A DNA stretch of 64,000 nucleotides from Ostrea edulis (Eukaryota), in NCBI RefSeq assembly GCF_947568905.1, contig NC_079166.1, forward strand, positions 92,318,001 to 92,382,000, given 5' to 3'. The position numbers and the translations under genes are program-made. Within the stretch, counting starts at the first letter, position 1. Each line of letters opens with the position of its first letter. Positions 35,601 through 49,929 of the stretch are shown piece after piece. A model generated the notes under the pieces. The model was given only the letters and a program-made list of their open reading frames with translations. It made no database searches and had not been told where the DNA came from.

Positions 35601-38600
35601 AAAGTAGAGGATGCAAGATATAAGGAACAAATTGCACAAAAGGAACTTCAGAAATTTACTATTCAGCGTCAGGAGCGGATTGATGAGATAGAAGAACTTA
35701 GAAAGGTCATTGCAAAGAAAGAGGAAGAAATAATAAAATTTGATCGAGAATTGGTGCATTTGAAAGATTTGTTACAACAACAGAACACGGAATTTAACAA
35801 ACGCAACCAGAGCCAACATGTGTTTTCTTCTCAGCTTGAGGAAGAAAATACTCCCTTGAAATCAAAAGTTGAAAAAATGGATGAAGAAATCCAAATCTTG
35901 AAATCCAAAATTGTTAGTCTCGAGGAGAGTCATGAAAAGCATGTGACAAAATCTAAAAAAACAAACATGGTGACCAAAGGAAAAGATACTAAAGTCAAGA
36001 AAATGGAAGAGGTGTTAAAAAGAAAGAAGAGGAACTAAAATCAGTTCATCATCAACTCCAGGAAATCAAGAAATCATATGAAAGTAGCCTTGAGAAAGAA
36101 GAGGTTAAAGCTCAAGAAATTCTGAAATTACAAAAACTGGGAAAGGGGAAAGAGGCGAAAGTAAAGAAGTTTGAAGATGTTATAAATATACAAGAAAAAC
36201 TTCTTGCAGATAAAGTAACATATACTGTGATCCTGCAGGGTAGTATTTCTGAAATGAATTTAAAAGTTGAGGATCTTGGTGCTACTGAACAAAGTTTGAG
36301 AAGTGATTTAGAAGATCATTTGAAAACGATTGCAGAATTGAAGGGAAAATGTTCAGAATTGGAACAAAACGAACGTGATCTCAGACAGGCTTTAGAAATG
36401 AAAGAGGAGGAGATTCAAATATTAAACAGAGAATTGGAGACAAGTAAAAAAAGTTACAATGTATTGCTTCAGGAAAAGGAAGAAGTCGAAGAGCAATGTG
36501 GCAAAATTAAGCATTCTTTATTACAAACGAAAGAAAAGCTACACGAATCAGAAAACGAAGTTCAACAACTATCTGAAGATCTTGAAAAGGTTAGAAAAGA
36601 AAGAGAAAACATTATTTATGAAGCTGAGAAAATGAAAAAGGTCGGAAAAGGAAAATTAACAAAGCTTAGAAAATTCCAAGAAATAGTTGTAAAACAAGAG
36701 AATATTTCATCGGAAAAAGATACGGATTTATTTATGATGAAAGAAAGGATTAACGATTTGTCTGAAAAACTCGGACAAAAAGAAGAAGAGTTACAATTAC
36801 TGCAGGGAGATTTAGAAAGAATGACTCATTGGGAGGAGGTTTGTAAACAGCAAGAGCGGACAATACATGACATACATCAAAGTGTCAAAGATAGAACCAG
36901 GGAATTCACGGAAGGAAATATCGAAAGTGAAAGGAAAATTTCCATCTTTGAAGAAAAATGTTCTGCTCTTGAAAATACTATTGAATTTTTGCAGCGTCAA
37001 GAGAAGCATATGGAACTTGAAATCCAGTCACTCTCTGCATCTTCTTCAGAGGCTGATGACTGGAAAACTAGGTGTCAGAGGCTTGAGGAAGGAAATGAAT
37101 CTCATCTAAAAAGAATCCCAATCGTCAGCGATTTGATAGAACGTCAGGAAACTAATCCGTCCTTAGCCATCAAACCAAAGATCCAAGAAGATAGCACTGA
37201 CGACAATGACCCCGAATATGAGGATTTGAATCCTAAACAGCTGATAATAACATTAGATGAAAAACAAGCTTTAATTCTTTCAATGCAAGATAACCATCAA
37301 AAAGAACTCGCAGCTTTAAATGCCAAATTATCCAAGATGAAAACGCTATGTAAAGCCAAAGATGCTAAAATTGCCAAACTTCAGAACATGGCAAAAGACA
37401 AGCAAAATAGAGGTGATGAGAATGGAAGCAGTAATGCACGGGAAAGTACAGACAATTTGTCCTTGAACTCTAATGTGGTTGATAATGAATGGAGAAGAAG
37501 AATTATGCATTCTGAGGTAGTGATGCAACTTGAAAGGCAAATCAAAGATTTGAAAGACGTTATTCAATCAAGAGCGAGGAAATTGTTGATGGAAGGAATT
37601 TTGCCATAAACCAGCAAGAAGAGTTACATTCCGTAGGAGAATTTTAAATGCCAAAGAAGAAGATCTGTTTGGTCTTAAAGAGAGGGTATATGGTTGGGAG
37701 GATTGGTATGATAAAGAATTTAGAGGCATTGAATCTTCGCTGGCTGCAATGGAAAAGTCTTCGATAGAAAAATACACAATTATTGCCAGTATGAAGGAAG
37801 AACTTGATTATTTAAGAGATATATCGATGACTGAGGAGGCTGAGTTATTAGAGGGTAAAGAGACGGACGTACACAAATCTTTTGAACAAGAATTATGTAA
37901 ATTAAAAAGAATTTGTAAAGGCAAGGAAGCTAAAATAAATCAGCTCGAACAAGCAAAAAAAGACTTGGAAGAAAAAGATGGACGAAATGCAGAACAACTA
38001 TCGACAACCTCCCACACAACCAATCCAACTGAATGGCGTCAGCTGTTAGAAGATAGTCAAGATGAAAATCAGAAGTTGTGCCAGCATATAGAAACTCTTA
38101 ATACTGAACAGCTTCAGAGAGTAAAAGATTTTGAATCAATGTTAAGCGAAGAAACAAACCAAATCCTGACATTGAAACAAAAGTATATCGATTTGGAAAA
38201 TAAATGCTTAAAATTAGAGGAATCTTCAAGTTTAGTAGCTATTTAACTCAACATGTTCAAGAAGGAAGTTTTTGAAGTGATCAGAGAGGACTATGAATTT
38301 GTTTATCGTGAGGCGCTTGAATCAGCCAGCAGTCCTGTTGCAATTTTATCAATGCTTCGAAAAGAATTTTCTTAACTTCGTCTGTCCTTTGAAGAAAGTA
38401 CAGCAAAATTGAAGGAGAAAGAGTCTTGTATTTCATCTCTTGACGAAGCTAATGATGCAAGATTGCAGAAAATGAAAGACTTGGAAGACATGGTACGGTC
38501 ATTAGAAAAAATAAAGGCAACTCATCAACAGAGTCTGGAAGAAAAGGAAACTCATATTAGAAACATCAGCTCACAGCTAGCAACTATACAAAATGATGAA

Positions 38601-40738
38601 ATTCTTGAACAGACACAAGTTGTTCAAGGTTTAGAGAAACAGATTGCGCGGTTGAAAGATAATTTATCTCGACAAGGAAACGAGATGCAGAATATACAGA
38701 TGCTGTATGATAGCCAAAGCGAGCAATTAGAAGAAACTGTAAAAGTACTAGATGAAGCCAATAACGTTAGGAGCACGAAGATGGAGGAACAAGATTTGGC
38801 AATTACACATTTATGAAAACGTTTGCAAGAGGAGGAAGAGAAGTGCAAACATTTTTCATCATCTTTCGAGGAAAACCAGCAGTCTGTAATTGGTTTACAA
38901 CAAACAATACAAAGTTTGAATGAAGCCAACCAAGCATACCGGTACTACTATCAGGAAAAAGAAAATGAACTTCATATTGTAGTCAAAGACTCGCCGAGCT
39001 GCAGGCCGATTGCAAACAGCAAGAGGATAAGGTATCTGCTCTAGAAGAACGATGTAACGTTATTTTAATGGAGAAAAATAACTGTGAAAAAGTTTTGAAG
39101 GAAGTGAATAACTCTTATCAGGAAAAAGCGGGACAAAGGGAAATGATCATTACAGACATGAGACAGCAAATTGAAGAGAAAAAACAACAAATTTACATTC
39201 TAGAAGGTGAAAAATCTCGTTTGAATGAACAATTGGGCACTGCATTGGAAGTGAATACTAAACAAGAAATTGAAAAAGTAGAGTTGCGAAATACAATACG
39301 ATTTTCAGAAGAGAAAATTCAAGAACAGAATACTCGTATAATTAACCTTGATATTACTGTGGAAAAGCAGACTGCTTTAATGCACAAGAAAGGAAATATA
39401 GCGGAGGCTTTGCAAAATGATTTAGAGAAGGAAATTGTCACTTTAAAGGAGAGCTTGAAAACAATACACGAAGAACTTTCGATTACAAAAGAGGAATTGG
39501 AGGAAAATTGTAATACTAAGAATCAGCTGCAAATTGAGCAGGATAAGCTAATCAATTTGAAAGAAGAAGTAAATCGTTTGTATGAAGAAAATCAACACCT
39601 TCATAGTGTTGTAGGGGGAAAAGAGCAACAATTGTGGTCTCTGCAAAATACATGTTCTGTGATGAAAAGAGAGGCTGGAGCTTTGAATAAACACGCCGAA
39701 GAAACATTTGAAATTTCTAATGTTGTAGTTGAGCCTATCATTGAAATATCCTCAGAAAAGCTGCTGGGTGCTGTGCCTTCTTCCAAACCAACGGAACTAA
39801 TGAAAACATCCGACACAACTCAAGATCTAAGAGATTATGTAGAACTGCACTTGTGCTAACACTATCTTTTCGGTGTTGTGATTAGTTGCTATGCTCTATA
39901 GACTTTTCATAGCAAGCTCCGTTCATTTCTTACTAACTTCGGCGATATACAAGGTGAAGATAACGAACAGTGATCAATCTCATAACTCCTACAAGCAATA
40001 CAAAATAGATAGTTGGGCAAACACGGACCCCTGGACACACCAGAGGTGGGATCAGGTGCCTAGGAGGAGTAAGCATACCCTATTGACCGGTCACACCTGC
40101 CGTGAGCCCCATATCCTGATCAGGTAAACGGAGTTATCCACAGTCAAATCAGTGTGGCAAGAACGGCTTAACAATCGGTATGAAACACGTCAGACAGCAT
40201 TTGACCCAATTCGAGGTTGTATTGACGAACTAGATCGTATGTATGAAATCCTGCTGCATGCCAGGATGACTTGATACCTATACTTACTTATTCCTATGCA
40301 TTTACTAACTGGTTGGGAGTTGAAACATTCATGTCGAAGTCGAATTTTAAAAGTGAGATTTACTTTTATGACTAATTAGATTTAGGATTTTTCTCATGAA
40401 GAAAAAAAAGCGTATATTATGTGTGATTTAAATGGCTGCCAGAAACAGTTTTACGATTTCAGCAATCGCTTTCTGAAAATACTCTTCTAGTGGTGTTTTT
40501 CCCCCATTGAAATATTCTTTAAATTTAATTAGCTTGCAGAATGAATAATCAAACACAAAATGTATAAATTGTTATCATTGTATTTATCATTGGTAAATAG
40601 TATATAAAGTAGTGGAAAATATTGCTTTGCACTCTTGTATTCCATATTTATCTATTTTTGTAGTCGGAATTCAGTATCTAATCGGTAAACAAGTTACAGC
40701 AGAATTACATGTAGAATTATACATACATACATGTGTAT

Positions 40739-40790
<52 letters not shown>

Positions 40791-43700
40791 GAATATATAC
40801 TATATTATACATATATTACCATATATAATTATTGTTTTTGTCTATCATTATTTCTAAAGATTTTATGAACTGGTAATTTAAATAGTCAGTAAAATATTAC
40901 CGTAATGGATTGGATTGATATATGAAAGTTTTATATGTCAGAGGACACATTCTATGATTTATCGTATATGATTTTCAGTGTTGATAACATTTTAATCTCT
41001 TTTTTTGTAGGCAAATGAAACGACAGAACAACTCGGGGAGAAAATAATTCAACTGGAGCTCTGTAAGCAACAGCTTACGGACCAATGCTCTCAACTGGAG
41101 CTTAATCTGGAGCATGCAAGAAAAAGCCAAGGTGAAAATGACAGTCACAAACAAATGGTAATGGACAGATTGACAGAGGCTCAACAAAGCGTAGAAGTAT
41201 TGTCGGCTGAGAACTCCCAACTTCAGAGGTCTTTGTCTGAAAGAATGGAGGAACTAAGTCTGTTGAAGTCCAAACTAAAGAACACAGAAGAATCCATAGA
41301 AAAGTTCAGTGGAATAGTACAGGCAATGTCAGCAGAACAAGAACAATCAACTGGAAATTTCAGAGAGGAAATTGAAACATCAAGAACAAACATAGTGAAC
41401 CTGCAAGAACAGATCCATGCACTGGAACTATCAGAGAATAATATAAAGGCCGAATGTGAACAATATCGACTGCAGGTTTGTGATCTTCAACAACAGTGTT
41501 CAGAATCAAATAACGTACTTGAAAGTGAACGGGAAAAATTTCTGGAAAGTGAAATCTATTTGTCACTACAATGTAAGACACTCTTCGATGAAGTAGACCA
41601 AGAAAAGAAGAAAAATCAATCACTTGAAAGTAGAATTCAATCTGTGATCGACGAACTTCATCAAGAAAAACAGAGGACAGCTGATCTTGGAAAAGAGATG
41701 GAGCAATTGCAGAAATTAAAATTGGCTTCTGATGAACTGGCCAGTTCGATGGAGGAGAAAGAAAATATACTATCAAGCTTGATTGACAATAAGAATTCCG
41801 ATGAGGAAATGATGCTAAAGAAACTTAAAGAAAAAGATGAGAAAATCGCATCACTTTTAGAAAACATGCAAGAAATGGAGGAAGGTCTCAATCAACTTGA
41901 CCAGGCAGATAAAATGAAAGAATCATTGAAGGAGACGTGTGCCAAATAAGAACAGGAATATCAAGAGCTGAAAAAGCAGTATGAAGACAAGGATTTACAT
42001 TTCCGTAAGGCATTAGCAACAGCAAAAAAATTAAAATTTCAACTCCAACAATCTACTAGCAAAAAGGAAGACATTGAAACCGAAATTAAGTCTCTAAGGG
42101 CTGAACTGGAGAAGAAAGGAAATTTCGAAAATGAATCTAATGACATCAAAACGGATGCTGGTACTGAAAAGAAAGAAAGTCTTTTAGTAACCGAGCTTAA
42201 GCAGAAAATTATGACGGATGAATCATCAATTCATATATTAGAAGAGAAACTAACAGCTGTAGATGATTTAAGTCAGAAACTGGCTGAATGTGAGAACTTG
42301 TTAATGACAAGGGAGAAAGATTTTGTTGTGATTCAGGAAGAACTTGAAAATCGAGTAAGCGAGTTGAGTTCACTGAGCTTGAAATTAACCGATAGTGATA
42401 AAACTATTCAGGATTTAGAAACTGCAAATAGAAAACTAAATGACAAGCTACACATGGAAACAGAGAGGCTGACTGAAAACATTATTAAAGCCGAATCTCA
42501 GAAATCAGAGATGCATTTTCAGATGGTTACACTAGAGGAAGAAAAGACGCAAATACAAGGCTTGCTTCAAGACAAATCTGAAGAATGTGTGAAGTTACAA
42601 GCACAAGCCGACCAGACAGTAAAGGATATCGCAACAAAAGATAAAATGATTAATGATGTGGAGAGTCTGTTGGAACAGCTGTTGCAAAGTAACGAAAAAG
42701 ACAGTATGATTACTGAATTGTCTCAAAAACTAAAAAACCTGGACGTGCAACTTGCAGAGAAGGATAAGAAAATTGAAGAATTTGATCGCAAAAGTAATGA
42801 ATTTGACTGTTTATTGCAATCGTTATAGCAGGAGGTTCGCTCTAAAAGTGAAATGGTGAACAGTCTTCATGATAGTCTCCGTTCAGCTGAGCTTGAGAAA
42901 GGACAACTAGAGGAATCCGTTTAGTCAATTAGCAAAGAATTAGAGACGCATAATGAGAGAATTCTGTACCTTACAAATTTGGTATCTGAAAAAGAGGACC
43001 AACTATCTTCAATAATACACAATGTGAAAGGATGTTATCGTGAAGTGACAGGAGATGAATGCAATGTGCAAAACATTGAAGGCATTATGATTGCCTTACA
43101 GAATTTTGTAAGCAGTCAGTTAACTTCATTGCGACTACAGGTCAATAATGCAGAAGCCTTACAACAGGGAACACAAAGAAAGGAATTAGAGCAACAAATC
43201 AGTGAAATGGAGAAGTGATTGAAGACGAACGAGAAAGACTACACACTGTACAAGAAAAATATAGCCAAGTCAATGATGAAAAATTGATCATCTCCCAGCA
43301 GCTGAAAGAAATTGAAGACAGCAATCATGATCTACTCGCTCAGGTTGCACATCTAAAGTCTACCATTGAAGAAATGACAGAGCGCGAGAGTGTAAGGGAT
43401 TACATCTGTTCGGATCTAACGTTAGCAGTAGAAAATCTCACGAAAGAAAACGATGCATTGAAAAGTGGCTGTGATATATCAAATGCTAAATGCAGCAAAA
43501 TGGAAGATGACTTGGTTGAATACAAACAAAAATACAGCAGTCTGTTAAATGAAAATGAAACATATAAGTCTGAAAGCGAGGTTCTAAAGGCTGAAATTGA
43601 ACGTCTCTCAGCTGCGTCACAAGAAACTTTTACCGCATCTTCAGCTCACAAACTTTCCACTGAATTTCCGGAAAAACTGAACTAAAGGAGGAAGAACATT

Positions 43701-46700
43701 TAAACCAGTCCTCAGCAAATGGTAGATGTGTCGAAACCGAGCTGCAAACCACTAAGGAAAAACTCAAATCAATGGAAGATGCCTATGAGCAAATACATAG
43801 CAGGTTAAAGTCATCAGAAGGAAAATGTGAGAAGATGTTGGTGAAGTTGAAAGCCTTCAAAACAAAGTGTGATAAGCTTCAAGAGGAGGTCAATGTTTTG
43901 AAGGAAAGTTCTGCACAAGTTACCAACGAAGGCAATGCTGCTGATAACACTTTAAAAGAAGAACTTGCACTCCGAATTCAAGAACTGGAGGAAACACGCA
44001 GGAAAGTTGAGACTAGCCAGTGGTATATCTCTGAAATTGAGAAACTGAAAGAGAATGAGGGCATGTTGGAGACCACTATAGGAAAACAATCTGAGAGTGA
44101 AAAACGGTTAATTGGTGAGATAGATCTGTTGAAAAATAACTTACAACAAAAGGATGAGAGGTTCCAAAAGAAGGAAAGTGAACTGAAAACACTGATGGAA
44201 ATGAACTCAGAACTGCAGACTCAGATAACATCTTTATTAAGCAAATAGGAAATCAATGATTCTAGAAAAAGGGAACTTCAGGATAGGATTTCTGAATATG
44301 AAAATGAAATGCTTACAATGAGTGATTTAAAATCTTATTTAATAACTGCAGAGCGAAAACAAATAGAACTAGAGAGAAAGTTAAAAGACAGTGTAATGCT
44401 CTGTGACTCATTGGAGGTTGAAAATAAAAATTTTTAAGGATATTGTGGCTAGGATGAGAGAGACAAATTCCAAACTGGAACAAGAGACGAGAACTGCGCA
44501 TGAAAGTGAGACAAAAATCCAAAATCTATTAGAAAGAGTAAAGGAGTTTGAAAACGAACGTGAACAGATGCAGGAAGAAATTGATGGATTTAAAGAAGAT
44601 GTTTCAGAAATGAAGAAAGAAAAGAATGCCTTAAAAGATGAATATGAGTCGCTTGATCTGAAGTTAAAGGAAGTTTTAAATGAAAACAAAGGACTTAAAG
44701 AAAAAATCGGGGCAATCGAATGGAGGTTAGAAGAAGTCGAATCTTTGGAAGAAGAGCTAGAAGAAGTGAGATCTGAACTTGACAGGAAGAACTCGGACTT
44801 AAATCTGACAACAAAGGAAAAAGAGAAGATTCAGGCAGAACTAGAACAAAGCAAACAAAACCAAAATAATCCCTCACAGCATACGCTGAATGAAGATATC
44901 ATGTCTTTAAAAGAAGAGCTGGATAAGAAAATGGAAATGAATAAAGACCTAGAGGACCAAGGGGATTCCTTCCGAGAGGAATTAAATGAGACTGCGACCG
45001 AAATAGACAACTTGAGAGGAGAACTCAGTACAGCTGCCATTAAAGCTTCCATGTTTGACACTTTGCAAAAAGGAATATACTGCTTTAGCGATGAAGTATG
45101 AAGACCTTCAAAATCTGAAATCTTCAAATGATACTGATACAGAGAAATCCCTCAAGGGAGTAGAAGATCAGACTAGATTGTTAAGAGAAGAACTCCACCA
45201 ACCAGCAACAGAGAATGAAGGATTGATCAAGGAATTGAATTTAATCAGGGAAAAATATAACCAGGTCGAAATAATTCAAAAGGAAAATGATAAACTAAAG
45301 ACAGAACTAGAAGTCTTGAAACGAGATGAAAGCAAATCTACGGATACAATTTCTGGTGCAGGTACAGAAACATCAAATAGGATGCAAGAACTTGAAGAGG
45401 AGTTGGAGCTTATCAAAGAAGAACTGAATGAGACAATGTCCGAAAATGAGAAGCTGAGAAGTGAAAATGGGTCAGATTACAAAGCAATTTTGTTTGACAA
45501 ACTTCAGCATGAATATCAAAATTTAAGAGCAGAAGTAGAGTCGATGAAGAAAAGTGGCCCATCCAATGTCAGATGATGACGCAATAAAAGTCCTGAGAAA
45601 TCAACTCGAAACAAGTGAAACGGAAAATGATCATTTAAAATCTCAACTATCAACAATGCGCATCGAATCTTTTGGGAGGAAGGAAGATGTTATGCATTCT
45701 CGATCATCTCCAAGCAATATAGAGAAGGAGCTGGAAGAAAAGCAAGAACAGTATGAATCTCTGATGGAAGACTTTAATTTACTCACCACTGAAAATGACG
45801 AAATGAAGGGAGAAATGGGACATCTGAAAGTTCAGAGTCAAATGTTTAATGAAGTGAAGAAAGAGTACGAATCTCTAAGCGACCAGTATCATAAGTTGTT
45901 GACAGAGAACAGTGAGATGGTTAAGAAAATTGAAGTCTTACACCGGGATTTACAAAACAGCACTAACCATGAATCATCATACATTAAGGAAGAGAGAGAG
46001 CATGCAATAAGAGAAAAGGAGACACTGCTGAGTATTATACAACAGCTAGAGAAGAAATGTGAATATCTTGCTCAGAATAATTCTAACATTAGTCATGAAC
46101 TGCTGGCAGCCGAGGGACAGATACAACAACTTAAATTTGATAATGGGACTTTGAGGGCTCAGTTAGGCATTTCACATGGTGGACAGATGCAGATGGACAA
46201 CTTTCATGCAGACTATCAACGACTTCAAGGACAGTTTTCAACAGCCATGGATCAGAAAAACAAAATACAAATCGAACTCAACCAAATGGCTCATCGACTT
46301 CAGCAAAGAGATGCAAGGTGCCAACAAATGGCTATGCAGGTAAGGTTTGGTAAACATGTGAATTACATGTATCGAATCTGGCACTGCACTTTCTATCAGA
46401 ATCCGTTATAAAAACACAAATGTCATTCATAACATATAGGCATGGGATAAAATAATTCATATTTATAAACGTAGGTAAGCCAGCTGGCGGAAGACAGAAG
46501 TTACCTTAACCCTTTCTCTACCGTATCGGTCAATATGACCGATAGCGCGTAAAAACAGGGCTACGCAAAAGGAGTGTATATAAATCTTTGAAACTACGGA
46601 CGTAATATATATGTTTTATATATAATTTTTTTGGAAATTTTCTATATTTTTTAACTATGTAAAAATCAATTGAATAAATAAAGCCATTAAATTAAAAAAG

Positions 46701-48428
46701 CATTTAAAATGAAAGATGACTTCGTCTAAATATTACGCAACGCTTTGTCGCAAGGCCATTTCCCCCCTCGCTATGATTTTTTTTTATTTTCCCTATTAAT
46801 GCAATATTTTTTATATTTTTGAGAAGCATATATTCCCTGCTTTCAGTACATATAAAAAATATTTTTAATGCCTGGCAAAGTTATAAGAAAATAGCAATTT
46901 TTTGCACATATACGTTGTTTTACGATTTTATTTCTCAATGTTTAAACAGATCGGCGTTTTATCTATATTTATATATGGAAATTGGGAAAAGTAAATACAT
47001 TCTGTAAAAGTAGAGGAAATGTTCTTTTTGATGGACCCTTATTCATATTATAATTCTCTGTAGTTTTTATATTACGATAAAATGAAATTGGGACATGCTG
47101 CGCGGTTTTCTTAAAAATTAGCGACAAGTCGACGTCGCTAACAGCAATCGACGCGTGTCGCACAATAAAGTGGTGAAAACTATTTGTATTGTCCTCTTTT
47201 TTTAGTAAATTCAGTACCTGTTGATACACTAAAACAACATACATACATGTGTGAAATAATCAGCCTGGTATCTCAGCTTTTTTAAAAAAAAAAGAAGAAG
47301 CATAAAACCAATATTGGTTTATAACAGTTACACAACCTACATGTAACTTCATAAATGCTACATCGGCAGATTGAATTTAAAAAAAGATTAATAAAGTACT
47401 TCAAATTCAAATATAAACGTTATATTTGTTCGGAATAGTAATAATTTTTTTTCTCTGCCAAAGAAAGAAAACAAAAAGAAGGTCGCCTATATATAGCCTG
47501 TATACTTTTATTTTTCTGTGATCCGGATCGCGGGCCTCGCGGGGTTTTCTGAAAGTGTGCACGGAGAACACACGTGTTTCCGTTTCAACGAAAACAAACA
47601 AACACAGCTTCACCGTGACTGTCACAGCGAACGCTTGTATTTTACATCTTTAAAACGACCTGATGTCAAAAGAAGAAGATGCCCTGGATCCCCTGTTGCA
47701 GGATGACCCAAACGATCATGCATTCAGTATAAATACGTACATGTAAGTTGATGTAGCCACATAGGCCGACTAAAAAGGGGAAGAAATGCGGTTTTGTTAT
47801 GAAAAATTCACGATTAATTAACCGCGATTTGATGCCATGCTTTGTCGTTTCATGAAAGAAAATATTTATATTTTATGATATCTAAAACAAGTGAATAACA
47901 CTCTGTCCGGGTCCGGCACTTTGATTAACACCCCCCCCCCCCTTTTCCCCAGAATTATCTCCTTACCTGACGCGCGAGTGTAAGAAGGGGTTGTATTTAG
48001 TGTATAATGGGATGGGGTGGTTTTAATCAGACTGGGCATTCACGACCGCTGGTGAGAAGGCTATTTTCCAAGTTTTTTCCATGTTTATAAAAGAAATTAT
48101 CATTCTATGAAAAGAAAACACAATCTGTTAGGAAAACACAATTAGCATTATTGTAATGATAGAATTTATTATCATAATTTGAATTATTTTCTTTATTCTG
48201 CAACAGAAATAAAAACAAAATGTGTGTTTGGGCCAAAATGGGGGTTGGTTAACATCAATCAAAGTCTGATTATGACAGGCTAATGAAAAATCATATTGAT
48301 TTCTCTTTTATCCAAATGCATGTATTTTATATACACTTAATAGCTTATGACCATAAATTACATGTGATCCATACATGCTGGTACTTGTATGCTATGACCT
48401 GATGGGCACGTGTCCCATTCTTGCCGTC

Positions 48429-48657
48429 CTCCTCCGTGGCCGAGTGGTCAGAGCAAATCACACGGCCTCTCACCTCTGTCGGCGCGGGTTCGAATCCCGT
48501 TCGCGCCGGTAAGTGAGAAAGTTTTCCCAGTTTACTTTCGAAAGATCAATGGTCTCTCCCCAGGTATCTGGGTTCTCTCTTCCACCAATAAAAAAACTGG
48601 GTGCCACCAGATAACTGAAAAATTGTTGAGTTTGGCAGAAAACATCAATCAATCAAT
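48429..48657 (+). mobile_element. tRNA-headed SINE (V-SINE-like) in intron 1 of the transposase
   Basis: A box TGGCCGAGTGG, B box GGTTCGAATCCC, tail CCACCAATAAAA...AACATCAATCAATC. Sister copy at 56981-57225. Confidence 0.8.
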
Positions 48658-49929
48658 CCCCCTCTCTAATTTCGACTAAATCCACAGCCCATCAGAGTAC
48701 CATACAAGGGGATTTAGACACTGGGTACCATTAAGAAGCAATTCAATTCAACTTTTATATCTGGGGTCATTCACTTTCCCTCAGAGTTTCAGTATTTTCG
48801 CTGGACCCTGTAGGTTTTAACCTGAATTTCTTCAGTATTTGCCCTCGTGTATAATATATGCTAGGCATAATGCAGATACCTACATGATACATTTTTTTTT
48901 CATTACCCACTCTGCTACTCTCGCAATGTATAATACAATATTCGATTCATTTCTAACACATGTATGCAATCCCTTACTTTATCTTTAAATAAATTTGAGT
49001 AAATAAATTTAAGTGCGAAACTGTTCCATGCTACCGTGAAACTTAGATTTTGCTTTTTAAACATAAACCAACAATTCTTAATTGTAATTTCTTTTCTTCT
49101 TTAAAAAGGGTATTGACATCCCAATATTTAGTGGGAAGTTTCCAGGTATCATCCACTAGCGACAGTCTACTGACAAATCCAGACATGCATTGGAAGGATG
49201 CTGATGTGGAGGACACAGGAACACCTGATCACAGAACTGTGGCATTTCATTCGGGGTGACAACCTGGCTTTCAGTTGGTATGACTCTTTGATGTTGAATA
49301 TAGGGTTTAATCAGTATAAATGTGATTAACATTCAAATAAATTCAGATAATACATTCACAATTGGAATCATGGCATTATGGTACACTGATATGTGTGTAC
49401 CATTTTACTGGGTTTTTTTTTTTCCTGCATAACTAGGGATCGTATACATACAAAATAAGACAATTTCTAATTAGTTTCTAATTATAAGGTATGACACGTT
49501 TTAAGGTATGGTGGCCAATACTGATTTTATTTTTATTTGCAATTTTCTTTCAGATATGGGACTCTATTATTCGGAAAACTGCAGATTTTATGAAGCTGTC
49601 TTTGACAGAAGATTTGGTTTTCTCCATCTGTGTTGCCACCAACCATTATGCTGAGATAGTCATAACTAGGGGGAAGGGTTGCCATATACTTCCCAAGGAA
49701 GTTTGCAGCCTCTCACTGAAGAGGAACTGTACAGGTATTACTAGTTTTAAAAACCGATATTGTGGCAGTGATTTCCAGTTTCAAAAGAATAATAAAATGC
49801 ATAGTAAAAAGATTACCTTTACCAAAATTAATCTGGCTGTGAATGTACATGTAACTCATTTATTAAATATGTATTACAATTACCTCTGATAAAATTTCAT
49901 AAGTAATTAAATTCATACTTTTCAGAGGG

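Larger units (their letters stand above)
13826..40232. mobile_element. Further dispersed 5'-truncated copies of the same Penelope-like family (span covers all copies)
   Basis: Approximate copies: 13826-13945(-), 14782-14876 plus 19367-19455(-), 19880-20135(-), 23922-24049(+), RT fragment 24460-24825(-), 25590-25675(-), 26186-26395(-), 26415-26712(+), 29717-29925(-), 39950-40232(-). Also 10433-10510(+). Confidence 0.8.

Noticed and set aside
30594-45127. Minus-strand ORFs over the coiled-coil exons
   Set aside because: They are S/F/L-rich antisense shadows of E/K-rich codons and show no independent coding signal.
30051-46339. Alternative genetic code, readthrough or selenocysteine explaining the in-frame stops
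   Set aside because: All three stop types occur together with many frameshifts and an exonic transposon, while neighbouring genes use the standard code. Pseudogenisation is simpler.
48429-48510. tRNA gene (also at 5497, 53376 and 56981)
   Set aside because: A/B boxes are present but there is no complete cloverleaf, and each continues into a shared SINE body and tail.
49554-49655. Separate small ORF MGLYYSENCRFYEAVFDRRFGF
   Set aside because: It is an alternative frame of transposase exon 3; the other frame carries the piggyBac motifs and fits the splice phases.
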